NCBI RefSeq assembly: GCF_964194025.1
Contig: NC_134475.1
Coordinates: 372,001 to 436,000 of the forward strand
Source of the DNA: Convolutriloba macropyga
Lineage: Eukaryota
Direction: 5' to 3'
DNA: 64,000 bases
Positions 24,835-35,144 of the stretch are shown here, piece by piece. Positions within the stretch are counted from its first letter, which is position 1. Each line of letters starts with the position of its first letter. Position numbers and translations under genes: made by a program. The notes beneath the pieces were generated by a model. It ran no database searches. It saw nothing but the letters and a program-made list of their open reading frames with translations, and was not told where the DNA came from.

Positions 24835-25743
24835 ATGACTACGTCCATCAGGGAACCTGCTTCGCAGATGACTATGTCCATAAATAAAACGTTAGAAAAA
24901 CAACAACAACAACTAGCTAAAGAAGTATTCAGTCCTCAAATAACAAAGTTTAAAAGACAAAGAATAATACCACTATATAAAGATGAAACATGGTCATCTG
25001 ATTTAATTGATGAGTCATCTCTAAGTAAATACAATAATAATTATAAGTTTATATTAACAGTTATAGATATATTCACAAAATATGCATGGGCTATTCCTTT
25101 AAAGAATAAATCTGGTTTATCTATAACTAATGGTTTTAAAACAATCCTATCAGAAGGACGAAAACCAGAAAAATTATGGGTAGATAGAGGTAGTGAGTTT
25201 TACAATCAAACATTTAAATCTTCACTTAAAGAATATGGAACCGGCAAAGCCGCTTCAGGGATAGAGCTATATTCTACTTATAATGATTTAAAGGCTGTGT
25301 TTATAGAGAGATTTAATAGAACATTATTACACGTAATAAATAAACCAATGTTCATCAATGGAGATGGTAATTGGGTAAATATATTAAATGATGCTGTTGT
25401 AACATATAACAATAACATTCACTCAACAATTAATATGACACCAGTTGATGCTTCTAATAATCCTGATAAAGTTAAATACACTTTTAGTTTTAAGAATATT
25501 AAGGGTAAACTTAACGTTGGTGATTATGTTAGAAATGTAGATAAACGTTATATCTTCTCTAAAGGTTACACTTCTAATTGGAATAGAGAATTGTTTAAAG
25601 TGAATGAAGTTCTAAAAACACATCCACCAACATATGAAATAGAAGATATTAATGGAGAGATAATAGAAGGCAAATATTATGTACAGGAACTATTGAAATC
25701 TGAGTTTGCTTTTGAATCTAATAATAAAGTTTTAGAATCATAA
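24835..25743 (+). CDS. Retroviral-type (rve) DDE integrase
   Basis: WSSDLID, ILTVIDIFTKYAWAIPLKNK, LWVDRGSEF, IERFNRTL, and FSKGYTSNW typical of Polinton integrases. Confidence 0.95.
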   Translation: MTTSIREPASQMTMSINKTLEKQQQQLAKEVFSPQITKFKRQRIIPLYKDETWSSDLIDESSLSKYNNNYKFILTVIDIFTKYAWAIPLKNKSGLSITNGFKTILSEGRKPEKLWVDRGSEFYNQTFKSSLKEYGTGKAASGIELYSTYNDLKAVFIERFNRTLLHVINKPMFINGDGNWVNILNDAVVTYNNNIHSTINMTPVDASNNPDKVKYTFSFKNIKGKLNVGDYVRNVDKRYIFSKGYTSNWNRELFKVNEVLKTHPPTYEIEDINGEIIEGKYYVQELLKSEFAFESNNKVLES

Positions 25744-25764
25744 ATATATTTCTTAAAATAAATA

Positions 25765-26469
25765 ATGACAAGAAACAGATTCAATCAAGCGAAACATCAT
25801 ATAGGGAATGGAAACAACTTAACACTAAGTAAGGCTCGTGGGTTATTCCTAGAAGATAATGATGATATTGATATGAAGGATACCTGTAAAATTACAAATG
25901 TTCATCCTCCTAGAGATGAAAAAGATGTTGTTAATAAAGAGTATTGTGACAATAACTTATTATCCTCTTCTAATAAAATAGACATTTTAAGTAGAAACAT
26001 AACTGAACTAGGAAAGGGTGACTTTGATAAAGTTACAACTAAAACATTACAACTAAATGAAACACAAGTTAATGAAGAACTAATTAATGAGTTTATTGAA
26101 TCAACAAATGAAGTCAGAAATACTGTTAAGTTTTGTAATAAAGTTGCTGCGGATACTATCTCTAAATATAATCAATTAAAGCAAGAATTTGATAATAATA
26201 AGTTTAATCAGAATATAACTAACATACAACCAGATGAAATGTTTACTAACGGTCTGAGAGAAATGAAAGAATACAATAAATCTCTTAGAGGTGTTATAGT
26301 ACAATATATAATTGCTATACTTTTGCAAAGTAAGTTATTTGATAATAAAGAGAAAGACAGACTTGAGATGCATTATAGTTTTAATCAAGAAGATATAACG
26401 AAAGAAATAGAAAGAATTTTTACTAATAAAAATAAGCAAAGCAATGACCAATCCAACAGCACCGAATGA
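25765..26469 (+). CDS. Fibre/stalk-like coiled-coil protein, copy 1
   Basis: IDMK..KITNVHPP..EKDVVNKEYCD resembles the IxNxxxPxxxxDAxNKxYVD neck motif of viral fibres and trimeric adhesins. Confidence 0.6.
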   Translation: MTRNRFNQAKHHIGNGNNLTLSKARGLFLEDNDDIDMKDTCKITNVHPPRDEKDVVNKEYCDNNLLSSSNKIDILSRNITELGKGDFDKVTTKTLQLNETQVNEELINEFIESTNEVRNTVKFCNKVAADTISKYNQLKQEFDNNKFNQNITNIQPDEMFTNGLREMKEYNKSLRGVIVQYIIAILLQSKLFDNKEKDRLEMHYSFNQEDITKEIERIFTNKNKQSNDQSNSTE

Positions 26470-26990
26470 GAGATTACTATATCCAGATTTGTCATCAGTA
26501 TCAGAAAGATTGATAAACGAAAAGATTCAAGCTAATAATAAATTTAACAACAATATTAACATTATAAAAGATATTAGAAATTATTATGAAACTGAAACTA
26601 ATAACTATAATAAGAAGTTAAGTAGATATAAGAATTATATTAACATAGCTGAGATAACAGAAATAGTATTATCATCAATAGCAACAACTGCAACAACAAC
26701 ATCAGTTTCATTAACAGGTATAGGATCAGCTTATTCTGCACCAACAGCTTTTGCTACAGCAACTGTGTGGTTCATTATCAAAAACAATTGATACTAAAAT
26801 TAGAAATAAAATTATAAAGTATTCACAAATGTATATTTTAAGTAAACAGTTTAGTGATAAGTTTAATAAACTATATACTAAATCAATGAATGATAATAAA
26901 ATAGATAATGATGAGTATAATGAATTTGTTAAGTTATATGAGGATTATAAGAAGAATAAGAAAAACAAGCTGAGTATTTTTTTAGATTAA
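26444..26990 (+). pseudogene. Putative membrane-active protein (adintovirus GasderminX-like), frameshifted, copy 1
   Basis: Two overlapping ORFs join through a frameshift near 26765. Central small-residue hydrophobic stretch and C-terminal KSMNDNKIDNDEY motif. Confidence 0.55.
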
Positions 26991-27218
26991 AGATATTGGT
27001 GTTTAGTAATAACAATGTTTTTAGTAATAATAATATTAGTATTAATATTTATCCGCGAACAGACTTCGTCTGTGGCAAGCCAGGCGGTTACACCGATCAG
27101 GGAACCTGCTTCGCAGATCGATAAATATATAATCATAATCATAGCTATAATCATAATCATAAACATAATCATGGATATAATCATGGATATAATCATAATC
27201 TTAATCATAATCAAATAT

Positions 27219-27638
27219 TTATCTTTTCTTTGTACCTAAGTATAACCCTCTACCTTTTTGTACTACCTTTATACCTTCACCAGTAGTTGCAAATTTAATT
27301 AAATCAGGTGTAGCCGCTAGAGCTGCTTTAGGGTTTCTAGATGCAGCTGCACTTCCTATTTTACTTGCTATTTCTAATGCTCTTCCTGGATTATTAGCAA
27401 CTTTCTTTCCAAAGTTAACTGTAGCCCTACCAACACTTTTAAAGAAATCTTTAAGCCCTTCTGCTTCTATTGTTGCATCAGATACTGTCATTGATTTATT
27501 CCTTCTACATAAAACACAATTACCTTTTAACATTTTAGTACCTTTTGAAGTGATAGCTCCTCTTATATTAACAGTACCACTATAATGTCTACTTCCAACA
27601 CAATATAAATTAGTTTTGAACTTATTTAAAAGACTCAT
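27219..27638 (-). CDS. DUF5679-like zinc ribbon plus amphipathic putative membrane-lytic core protein, copy 1
   Basis: YCV....T.KG..MLKGNCVLC..NKS, followed by GLKDFFKSVGRATVNFGKKVA and KGRGLYLG. Confidence 0.65.
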   Translation of the reverse strand: MSLLNKFKTNLYCVGSRHYSGTVNIRGAITSKGTKMLKGNCVLCRRNKSMTVSDATIEAEGLKDFFKSVGRATVNFGKKVANNPGRALEIASKIGSAAASRNPKAALAATPDLIKFATTGEGIKVVQKGRGLYLGTKKR

Positions 27639-27656
27639 TTCTATATATAAAAAATA

Positions 27657-27806
27657 ATGGAAGTTAAAAAGTATAATCCTTTTGTTGTTATTAAACCCAA
27701 GCCCAAGCCCAAGGTTAAGCTTGAAGCTAGAGGCTTGGCTCTAGAGAATAAAAAGAAATTAGACATTATTTTCGCTAAAGGTTTTGTTAATACTAATAAG
27801 AAATAG
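27657..27806 (+). CDS. Unannotated 49-aa basic protein (putative core protein), copy 1
   Basis: MEVKKYNPFVVIKPKPKPKVKLEARGLALENKKKLDIIFAKGFVNTNKK*, preceded by TATATAAAAAATA. Below the ORF-track length cut-off. Confidence 0.55.
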   Translation: MEVKKYNPFVVIKPKPKPKVKLEARGLALENKKKLDIIFAKGFVNTNKK

Positions 27807-28008
27807 TTGGGTGTTAACAAGAATAACAAAAGTAACAATTAGAGCTGACTAGCTATAAGTATAAGTATAAGTATATGGTTATGTATATAATTATAACAAT
27901 AACTATATTATACTATAATTATAAATTATCGCTAGAGTTATATCTAAAATTATAATTATCGCTAGAGTTATATCTAAATTATAATCATATCTTTGACTTA
28001 AATTATAT

Positions 28009-29187
28009 CTATGATATTATGTCTACCATCTTATTACCATCACTATTCACACTAATAACCTTTCTAGTTAATACTAATGCATGACATATAACATCTGCAA
28101 CTGCAGCACTAAATTTAAAATTAAGTTGTAATGGTTGTGGACCTATATGATCCCTTTGATATCTAGCATCGAATACATATATTCTATAATTACTTTTGAA
28201 TAATCTATGATTTACATACGGTTTTATATTATGTGGTAGCCCATTATAATCTTTATTAAAGCTAACAATCTCTTTAAAAGCCTCATTATATTTATTGGTT
28301 CCGTAATTAATATTCATTCTATCCTCGGGATAAAACTCACTACCAATCTTACAATAACATTCAGTAACATTCATTACATCAAATGTACTTGCATCATGAG
28401 TTTGTTCATTAACATTATTATTTTCAAAACCAACTATTATATATTGCGGTCTTTCCATACCACTTTCTATACCTAGATCAAAGAAGAAGTTAGTAGCATT
28501 GGGTACATTCTTATAAAATGTCTTTCTTTCATAATAACTAAAGTCTACATTATTCTTTTTACTTAAACCCTTTTGCACAATAATTCTATTATCATTACTA
28601 GGATCAATACTAGGTACACACCATGATATATCTCTGATTTCTATATTACCATCATTAGCAACTGCACCAGGATTAGCATTAACTCTATATAGAGCTCTAT
28701 CATTATTATTCCTTTTTAATATTAGTTTAAATCCTAAACCATATATGATTTTTTCTAAATCATTTACGAAACCAAATAGATCACTCATCTTAATCATCAT
28801 ATACATATGTCCTCGTTGTGCAGCAATATGGTCACCTTTAAGTTGACTATCTCTATTGCCCTGATTTCTAACAAAACCACTCTCATATTCATCACCAATA
28901 CTAGTTAATAACTTATACATCAATAGATTAGGATGACAATGGTCTATATATTCAATAGTCCTACCACCACTAGTTTCAAGCTTAATTGAACTAAACAATG
29001 CCATCATACCATAATTAACTAATCTGATATTAGCATCATTAGCAAATACACCACCAGCATCATCTGATACAACAAACTCTATCTCTAGATATGAATCACG
29101 CAAATTTAAGTGATTCTCTTCTCTATTGAGAATGATATTAATATTAGTATTAACCGTATTCATTGTTGCTATATTATTAGGTTTATA
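28009..29187 (-). pseudogene. Major capsid protein, 5'-truncated duplicate
   Basis: Identical to the MCP at 31468-32712, but the true start is cut off by the duplication junction. Confidence 0.85.
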
Positions 29188-29223
29188 GTTTTAGAATCAT
29201 AAATATATTTCTTAAAATAAATA

Positions 29224-29928
29224 ATGACAAGAAACAGATTCAATCAAGCGAAACATCATATAGGGAATGGAAACAACTTAACACTAAGTAAGGCTCGTGG
29301 GTTATTCCTAGAAGATAATGATGATATTGATATGAAGGATACCTGTAAAATTACAAATGTTCATCCTCCTAGAGATGAAAAAGATGTTGTTAATAAAGAG
29401 TATTGTGACAATAACTTATTATCCTCTTCTAATAAAATAGACATTTTAAGTAGAAACATAACTGAACTAGGAAAGGGTGACTTTGATAAAGTTACAACTA
29501 AAACATTACAACTAAATGAAACACAAGTTAATGAAGAACTAATTAATGAGTTTATTGAATCAACAAATGAAGTCAGAAATACTGTTAAGTTTTGTAATAA
29601 AGTTGCTGCGGATACTATCTCTAAATATAATCAATTAAAGCAAGAATTTGATAATAATAAGTTTAATCAGAATATAACTAACATACAACCAGATGAAATG
29701 TTTACTAACGGTCTGAGAGAAATGAAAGAATACAATAAATCTCTTAGAGGTGTTATAGTACAATATATAATTGCTATACTTTTGCAAAGTAAGTTATTTG
29801 ATAATAAAGAGAAAGACAGACTTGAGATGCATTATAGTTTTAATCAAGAAGATATAACGAAAGAAATAGAAAGAATTTTTACTAATAAAAATAAGCAAAG
29901 CAATGACCAATCCAACAGCACCGAATGA
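29224..29928 (+). CDS. Fibre/stalk-like coiled-coil protein, copy 2
   Basis: Protein identical to 25765-26469. Confidence 0.6.
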   Translation: MTRNRFNQAKHHIGNGNNLTLSKARGLFLEDNDDIDMKDTCKITNVHPPRDEKDVVNKEYCDNNLLSSSNKIDILSRNITELGKGDFDKVTTKTLQLNETQVNEELINEFIESTNEVRNTVKFCNKVAADTISKYNQLKQEFDNNKFNQNITNIQPDEMFTNGLREMKEYNKSLRGVIVQYIIAILLQSKLFDNKEKDRLEMHYSFNQEDITKEIERIFTNKNKQSNDQSNSTE

Positions 29929-30449
29929 GAGATTACTATATCCAGATTTGTCATCAGTATCAGAAAGATTGATAAACGAAAAGATTCAAGCTAATAATAA
30001 ATTTAACAACAATATTAACATTATAAAAGATATTAGAAATTATTATGAAACTGAAACTAATAACTATAATAAGAAGTTAAGTAGATATAAGAATTATATT
30101 AACATAGCTGAGATAACAGAAATAGTATTATCATCAATAGCAACAACTGCAACAACAACATCAGTTTCATTAACAGGTATAGGATCAGCTTATTCTGCAC
30201 CAACAGCTTTTGCTACAGCAACTGTGTGGTTCATTATCAAAAACAATTGATACTAAAATTAGAAATAAAATTATAAAGTATTCACAAATGTATATTTTAA
30301 GTAAACAGTTTAGTGATAAGTTTAATAAACTATATACTAAATCAATGAATGATAATAAAATAGATAATGATGAGTATAATGAATTTGTTAAGTTATATGA
30401 GGATTATAAGAAGAATAAGAAAAACAAGCTGAGTATTTTTTTAGATTAA
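29903..30449 (+). pseudogene. GasderminX-like protein, frameshifted, copy 2
   Basis: Same frameshift as copy 1. Confidence 0.55.
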
Positions 30450-30677
30450 AGATATTGGTGTTTAGTAATAACAATGTTTTTAGTAATAATAATATTAGTA
30501 TTAATATTTATCCGCGAACAGACTTCGTCTGTGGCAAGCCAGGCGGTTACACCGATCAGGGAACCTGCTTCGCAGATCGATAAATATATAATCATAATCA
30601 TAGCTATAATCATAATCATAAACATAATCATGGATATAATCATGGATATAATCATAATCTTAATCATAATCAAATAT

Positions 30678-31097
30678 TTATCTTTTCTTTGTACCTAAGT
30701 ATAACCCTCTACCTTTTTGTACTACCTTTATACCTTCACCAGTAGTTGCAAATTTAATTAAATCAGGTGTAGCCGCTAGAGCTGCTTTAGGGTTTCTAGA
30801 TGCAGCTGCACTTCCTATTTTACTTGCTATTTCTAATGCTCTTCCTGGATTATTAGCAACTTTCTTTCCAAAGTTAACTGTAGCCCTACCAACACTTTTA
30901 AAGAAATCTTTAAGCCCTTCTGCTTCTATTGTTGCATCAGATACTGTCATTGATTTATTCCTTCTACATAAAACACAATTACCTTTTAACATTTTAGTAC
31001 CTTTTGAAGTGATAGCTCCTCTTATATTAACAGTACCACTATAATGTCTACCTCCAACACAATATAAATTAGTTTTGAACTTATTTAAAAGACTCAT
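30678..31097 (-). CDS. DUF5679-like / amphipathic core protein, copy 2
   Basis: As copy 1 except for one G/S difference. Confidence 0.65.
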   Translation of the reverse strand: MSLLNKFKTNLYCVGGRHYSGTVNIRGAITSKGTKMLKGNCVLCRRNKSMTVSDATIEAEGLKDFFKSVGRATVNFGKKVANNPGRALEIASKIGSAAASRNPKAALAATPDLIKFATTGEGIKVVQKGRGLYLGTKKR

Positions 31098-31115
31098 TTC
31101 TATATATAAAAAATA

Positions 31116-31265
31116 ATGGAAGTTAAAAAGTATAATCCTTTTGTTGTTATTAAACCCAAGCCCAAGCCCAAGGTTAAGCTTGAAGCTAGAGGCTTGGCTC
31201 TAGAGAATAAAAAGAAATTAGACATTATTTTCGCTAAAGGTTTTGTTAATACTAATAAGAAATAG
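31116..31265 (+). CDS. Unannotated 49-aa basic protein, copy 2
   Basis: Duplicate of 27657-27806. Confidence 0.55.
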   Translation: MEVKKYNPFVVIKPKPKPKVKLEARGLALENKKKLDIIFAKGFVNTNKK

Positions 31266-31467
31266 TTGGGTGTTAACAAGAATAACAAAAGTAACAATTA
31301 GAGCTGACTAGCTATAAGTATAAGTATAAGTATATGGTTATGTATATAATTATAACAATAACTATATTATACTATAATTATAAATTATCGCTAGAGTTAT
31401 ATCTAAAATTATAATTATCGCTAGAGTTATATCTAAATTATAATCATATCTTTGACTTAAATTATAT

Positions 31468-32712
31468 CTATGATATTATGTCTACCATCTTATTACCATC
31501 ACTATTCACACTAATAACCTTTCTAGTTAATACTAATGCATGACATATAACATCTGCAACTGCAGCACTAAATTTAAAATTAAGTTGTAATGGTTGTGGA
31601 CCTATATGATCCCTTTGATATCTAGCATCGAATACATATATTCTATAATTACTTTTGAATAATCTATGATTTACATACGGTTTTATATTATGTGGTAGCC
31701 CATTATAATCTTTATTAAAGCTAACAATCTCTTTAAAAGCCTCATTATATTTATTGGTTCCGTAATTAATATTCATTCTATCCTCGGGATAAAACTCACT
31801 ACCAATCTTACAATAACATTCAGTAACATTCATTACATCAAATGTACTTGCATCATGAGTTTGTTCATTAACATTATTATTTTCAAAACCAACTATTATA
31901 TATTGCGGTCTTTCCATACCACTTTCTATACCTAGATCAAAGAAGAAGTTAGTAGCATTGGGTACATTCTTATAAAATGTCTTTCTTTCATAATAACTAA
32001 AGTCTACATTATTCTTTTTACTTAAACCCTTTTGCACAATAATTCTATTATCATTACTAGGATCAATACTAGGTACACACCATGATATATCTCTGATTTC
32101 TATATTACCATCATTAGCAACTGCACCAGGATTAGCATTAACTCTATATAGAGCTCTATCATTATTATTCCTTTTTAATATTAGTTTAAATCCTAAACCA
32201 TATATGATTTTTTCTAAATCATTTACGAAACCAAATAGATCACTCATCTTAATCATCATATACATATGTCCTCGTTGTGCAGCAATATGGTCACCTTTAA
32301 GTTGACTATCTCTATTGCCCTGATTTCTAACAAAACCACTCTCATATTCATCACCAATACTAGTTAATAACTTATACATCAATAGATTAGGATGACAATG
32401 GTCTATATATTCAATAGTCCTACCACCACTAGTTTCAAGCTTAATTGAACTAAACAATGCCATCATACCATAATTAACTAATCTGATATTAGCATCATTA
32501 GCAAATACACCACCAGCATCATCTGATACAACAAACTCTATCTCTAGATATGAATCACGCAAATTTAAGTGATTCTCTTCTCTATTGAGAATGATATTAA
32601 TATTAGTATTAACCGTATTCATTGTTGCTATATTATTAGGTTTATATTTTATAATCTTACTTTTATGTATATCATTTTTATAACCATAAATTGCATCCAA
32701 ATTAAAATCCAT
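31468..32712 (-). CDS. Major capsid protein (double jelly-roll, Polinton PY/hexon-like)
   Basis: About 414 aa from ATG 32712. Beta-rich: LRDSYLEIEF, IRLVNYGMMALFSSIKL, ISWCVPSIDP, ERPQYIIVGF, FYPED, IYVFDARYQ. Confidence 0.85.
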   Translation of the reverse strand: MDFNLDAIYGYKNDIHKSKIIKYKPNNIATMNTVNTNINIILNREENHLNLRDSYLEIEFVVSDDAGGVFANDANIRLVNYGMMALFSSIKLETSGGRTIEYIDHCHPNLLMYKLLTSIGDEYESGFVRNQGNRDSQLKGDHIAAQRGHMYMMIKMSDLFGFVNDLEKIIYGLGFKLILKRNNNDRALYRVNANPGAVANDGNIEIRDISWCVPSIDPSNDNRIIVQKGLSKKNNVDFSYYERKTFYKNVPNATNFFFDLGIESGMERPQYIIVGFENNNVNEQTHDASTFDVMNVTECYCKIGSEFYPEDRMNINYGTNKYNEAFKEIVSFNKDYNGLPHNIKPYVNHRLFKSNYRIYVFDARYQRDHIGPQPLQLNFKFSAAVADVICHALVLTRKVISVNSDGNKMVDIIS

Positions 32713-32728
32713 TTTTATTAGATAAAAA

Positions 32729-33571
32729 ATGACAGACAACTTGATTTTATATGAACTACAAAATATACACGAAGCTTTAACTAAAACTAAAGAAGAGCAT
32801 ACACTTAACTTTAGAATGATAAAACCAACAGAAAAGTTTAACTTTAGTGAACCTATACTTAATACAACAAAATTAGGTTTAATTAGATTATCTGTTTATA
32901 ATTCGGTGTTTAATGTGAATAGGAGAAATAATCAATTCTTATATGCTAGTACTGTTATCGAAGATGATGAAGCTTTACCTCAGGCTCTTAGCTCTGACCC
33001 TAACCTTAACCCTATCTCTGACTCAAGTCCAAACATTACATCTATACTTAATCATAATTATGAAGGAATCCCATTGCTATATTCAACTATTACACCGGGA
33101 GCATATGAGTTAACTGACATAGCAGAATTAATAAAAGAAGAAACTGATGGTAATGTTATAATAGAACCTGATAAGAATACGATGAAATGTTTAATGGAAA
33201 TAAAACAAGGAGCACTCAGCTTTGATATAGAAAACTCACTAGCCTCATTACTAGGATTTAGAAAAATAATTTATAAAAAAGGTAGATATAAATCTCAGAA
33301 AATTATTGATATTATGGGTTTTAGTACTATTAACATTCATTGTAATGTGATATCTGGAGCTAAAGATAATGGTAAAGATACAGACATACTATATACTTTT
33401 AATCTAACTGAACCGCCAGGTTACTTGATAAATATTGTACCAACTAATATCTTGTATCAAAATGTAACTAAAGATAGAATAGAATATATAGAATTTCATA
33501 TTAAAGATGAGTATGGAAGACCTATAGACTTTAATGGAGATGTATTAAGTTTTACTTTACATCTGGTGTAA
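32729..33571 (+). CDS. Minor capsid protein (penton, Polinton PX-like)
   Basis: TITPGAYE, SLASLLGF, INIHCNVISG..DILYTF....PPGYLI, and IEFHIKDEYGRPIDFNG. Confidence 0.88.
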   Translation: MTDNLILYELQNIHEALTKTKEEHTLNFRMIKPTEKFNFSEPILNTTKLGLIRLSVYNSVFNVNRRNNQFLYASTVIEDDEALPQALSSDPNLNPISDSSPNITSILNHNYEGIPLLYSTITPGAYELTDIAELIKEETDGNVIIEPDKNTMKCLMEIKQGALSFDIENSLASLLGFRKIIYKKGRYKSQKIIDIMGFSTINIHCNVISGAKDNGKDTDILYTFNLTEPPGYLINIVPTNILYQNVTKDRIEYIEFHIKDEYGRPIDFNGDVLSFTLHLV

Positions 33572-33624
33572 CCAGCAACTTCGTTGATCTAGTTTAGTCT
33601 TAATTTGACTTAACTTAAACTAAA

Positions 33625-35060
33625 CTACAAAACTCTCCGATCCCAATTAATTCTTAGTTTACCATTAATATTTTTATTTTTAGTTATATCAATGACAATG
33701 TAATTATAAGGCTCTTTCCATACCTTATTACATATATTAGCAAAATCATTATAACTAAGTTCAACATTATCAAAGAAATCTTGATATATCGATGGTAGGA
33801 CTTTAACTCTCTGTTCAAATAAAATAAATAGATTACAGTTCTCTCTAACACTCTGCCTATCCAGAGAGAACAGCTTTTGATTAAGATATATCATATTGCA
33901 ATTATTATGTCTACCTCTACAAAAGTATTCATTAATAACTGGTTCTTTGGCTCTAACATCATCGAATATCATTAGTTTCTTTAAGTCTTTGGGTAGTTTA
34001 TCGGGAGATGGTAAATCTTTTATATCTTTAATAAATTCAACATCTGCTTTGGGGTTTATTCTTTCTATACCATGGTACTGATCACCATTAGGTCCAATGA
34101 TGTATAGCTTATCAAAGTATATACTAGCTAGAATTAGTTTTTTCAATAAGAATGTCTTACCACATTCACTAGGACCAGATATTATACATCTAAAGTTATC
34201 TGGGAATGCGGCTTCAGTAATTATATCATCATCATTTAACCATGAATATAGATCATCATTTATGTTTACAGAGATACTGTTAGTAGGACTATGGGACTTC
34301 GTCCATGTTTCACCATTGTTATTAGGTTTAAACTTTTGATGAGGCTTCACCCATCCGGGAACCGGTTCCACCGATGTTTCACCATGTTTTTCATCCAATA
34401 TATATGAAAAATTATCATTATCATGATCATTAACATTAACCTTATCATTATCATTAACATTATCATTATCATTAACATTAACATTAACATTATCATTAAC
34501 ATTAACATTATCTTTATCATTAAAATTATCATTATCATTAACATTATCTTTATCATAAACATTAACATTAACATTATCTTTATCATTAACATTACAACTG
34601 AAACAAAAACACTCATTATATATTCCTGGATATTTACATTGATTAACTAGAATATTCAAAGCACTTTTAATTCTAAATCCTCTATCAATAAGATAGATCA
34701 CATGTAAACAATAAGCCCAACAATAAGATTCATCATATTGTTGTATTCTTTCATTAGAGCCTAGATCAATATATTCTTCTAGGATTAATGGTGGAGTTTC
34801 TACACCAAAACTATCAAAGTAATACACAGGACCATCTTCTCTTCTTATAACTAAAACTCAATGTGAACCTTCAGTTGGATGTAGATTTACAATAATGTTA
34901 GAGTTAGGTTCACTTACCATTTCTGGTTTATCATCTCTCATTACAATTTCAATTGGTGCTAGACTTATATCTTTGCCTATATCTTTTATTCTGATATCAC
35001 TCATAGCATTATTATCAATTTTAAATTTTTATTGAATTCCTCAAAAGTCAGGATGAGCAT
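33625..35060 (-). pseudogene. Adenain-like cysteine protease fused in frame to an A32/FtsK-type packaging ATPase
   Basis: IIVNL..TEGSH*VLV (TGA at 34858-34860 in place of the expected W), YYFDSFG, RIQ....YCWAYC, a (DN/VN)n linker, then Walker A GPSECGKT, Walker B LMIFDD, RGRH and YLNQ. Probable A-run frameshift near 35028. Confidence 0.85.
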
Positions 35061-35144
35061 TTTTATATAATAAATTTATTAAATCTAAGTCTAATTATAT
35101 GTCTAAGTCTAAATCTAAATCAAATCTATATTTATTATATAAAA

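Larger units (their letters stand above)
25729..32646 (+). repeat. Internal 3459-bp tandem duplication (25729-29187 / 29188-32646)
   Basis: Same ORF set repeated at offset 3459. Junction GGTTTATA|GTTTTAGAATC at 29187/29188. One coding substitution seen (YCVGSR vs YCVGGR). Confidence 0.97.

Noticed and set aside
26987-27239. Ile/Met-rich ORFs (also 30446-30698, 34347-34650, 36844-37229) as membrane proteins
   Set aside because: These are translations of hexamer microsatellites in shadow frames. The + strand ORF at 27015-27239 cannot be fully excluded.
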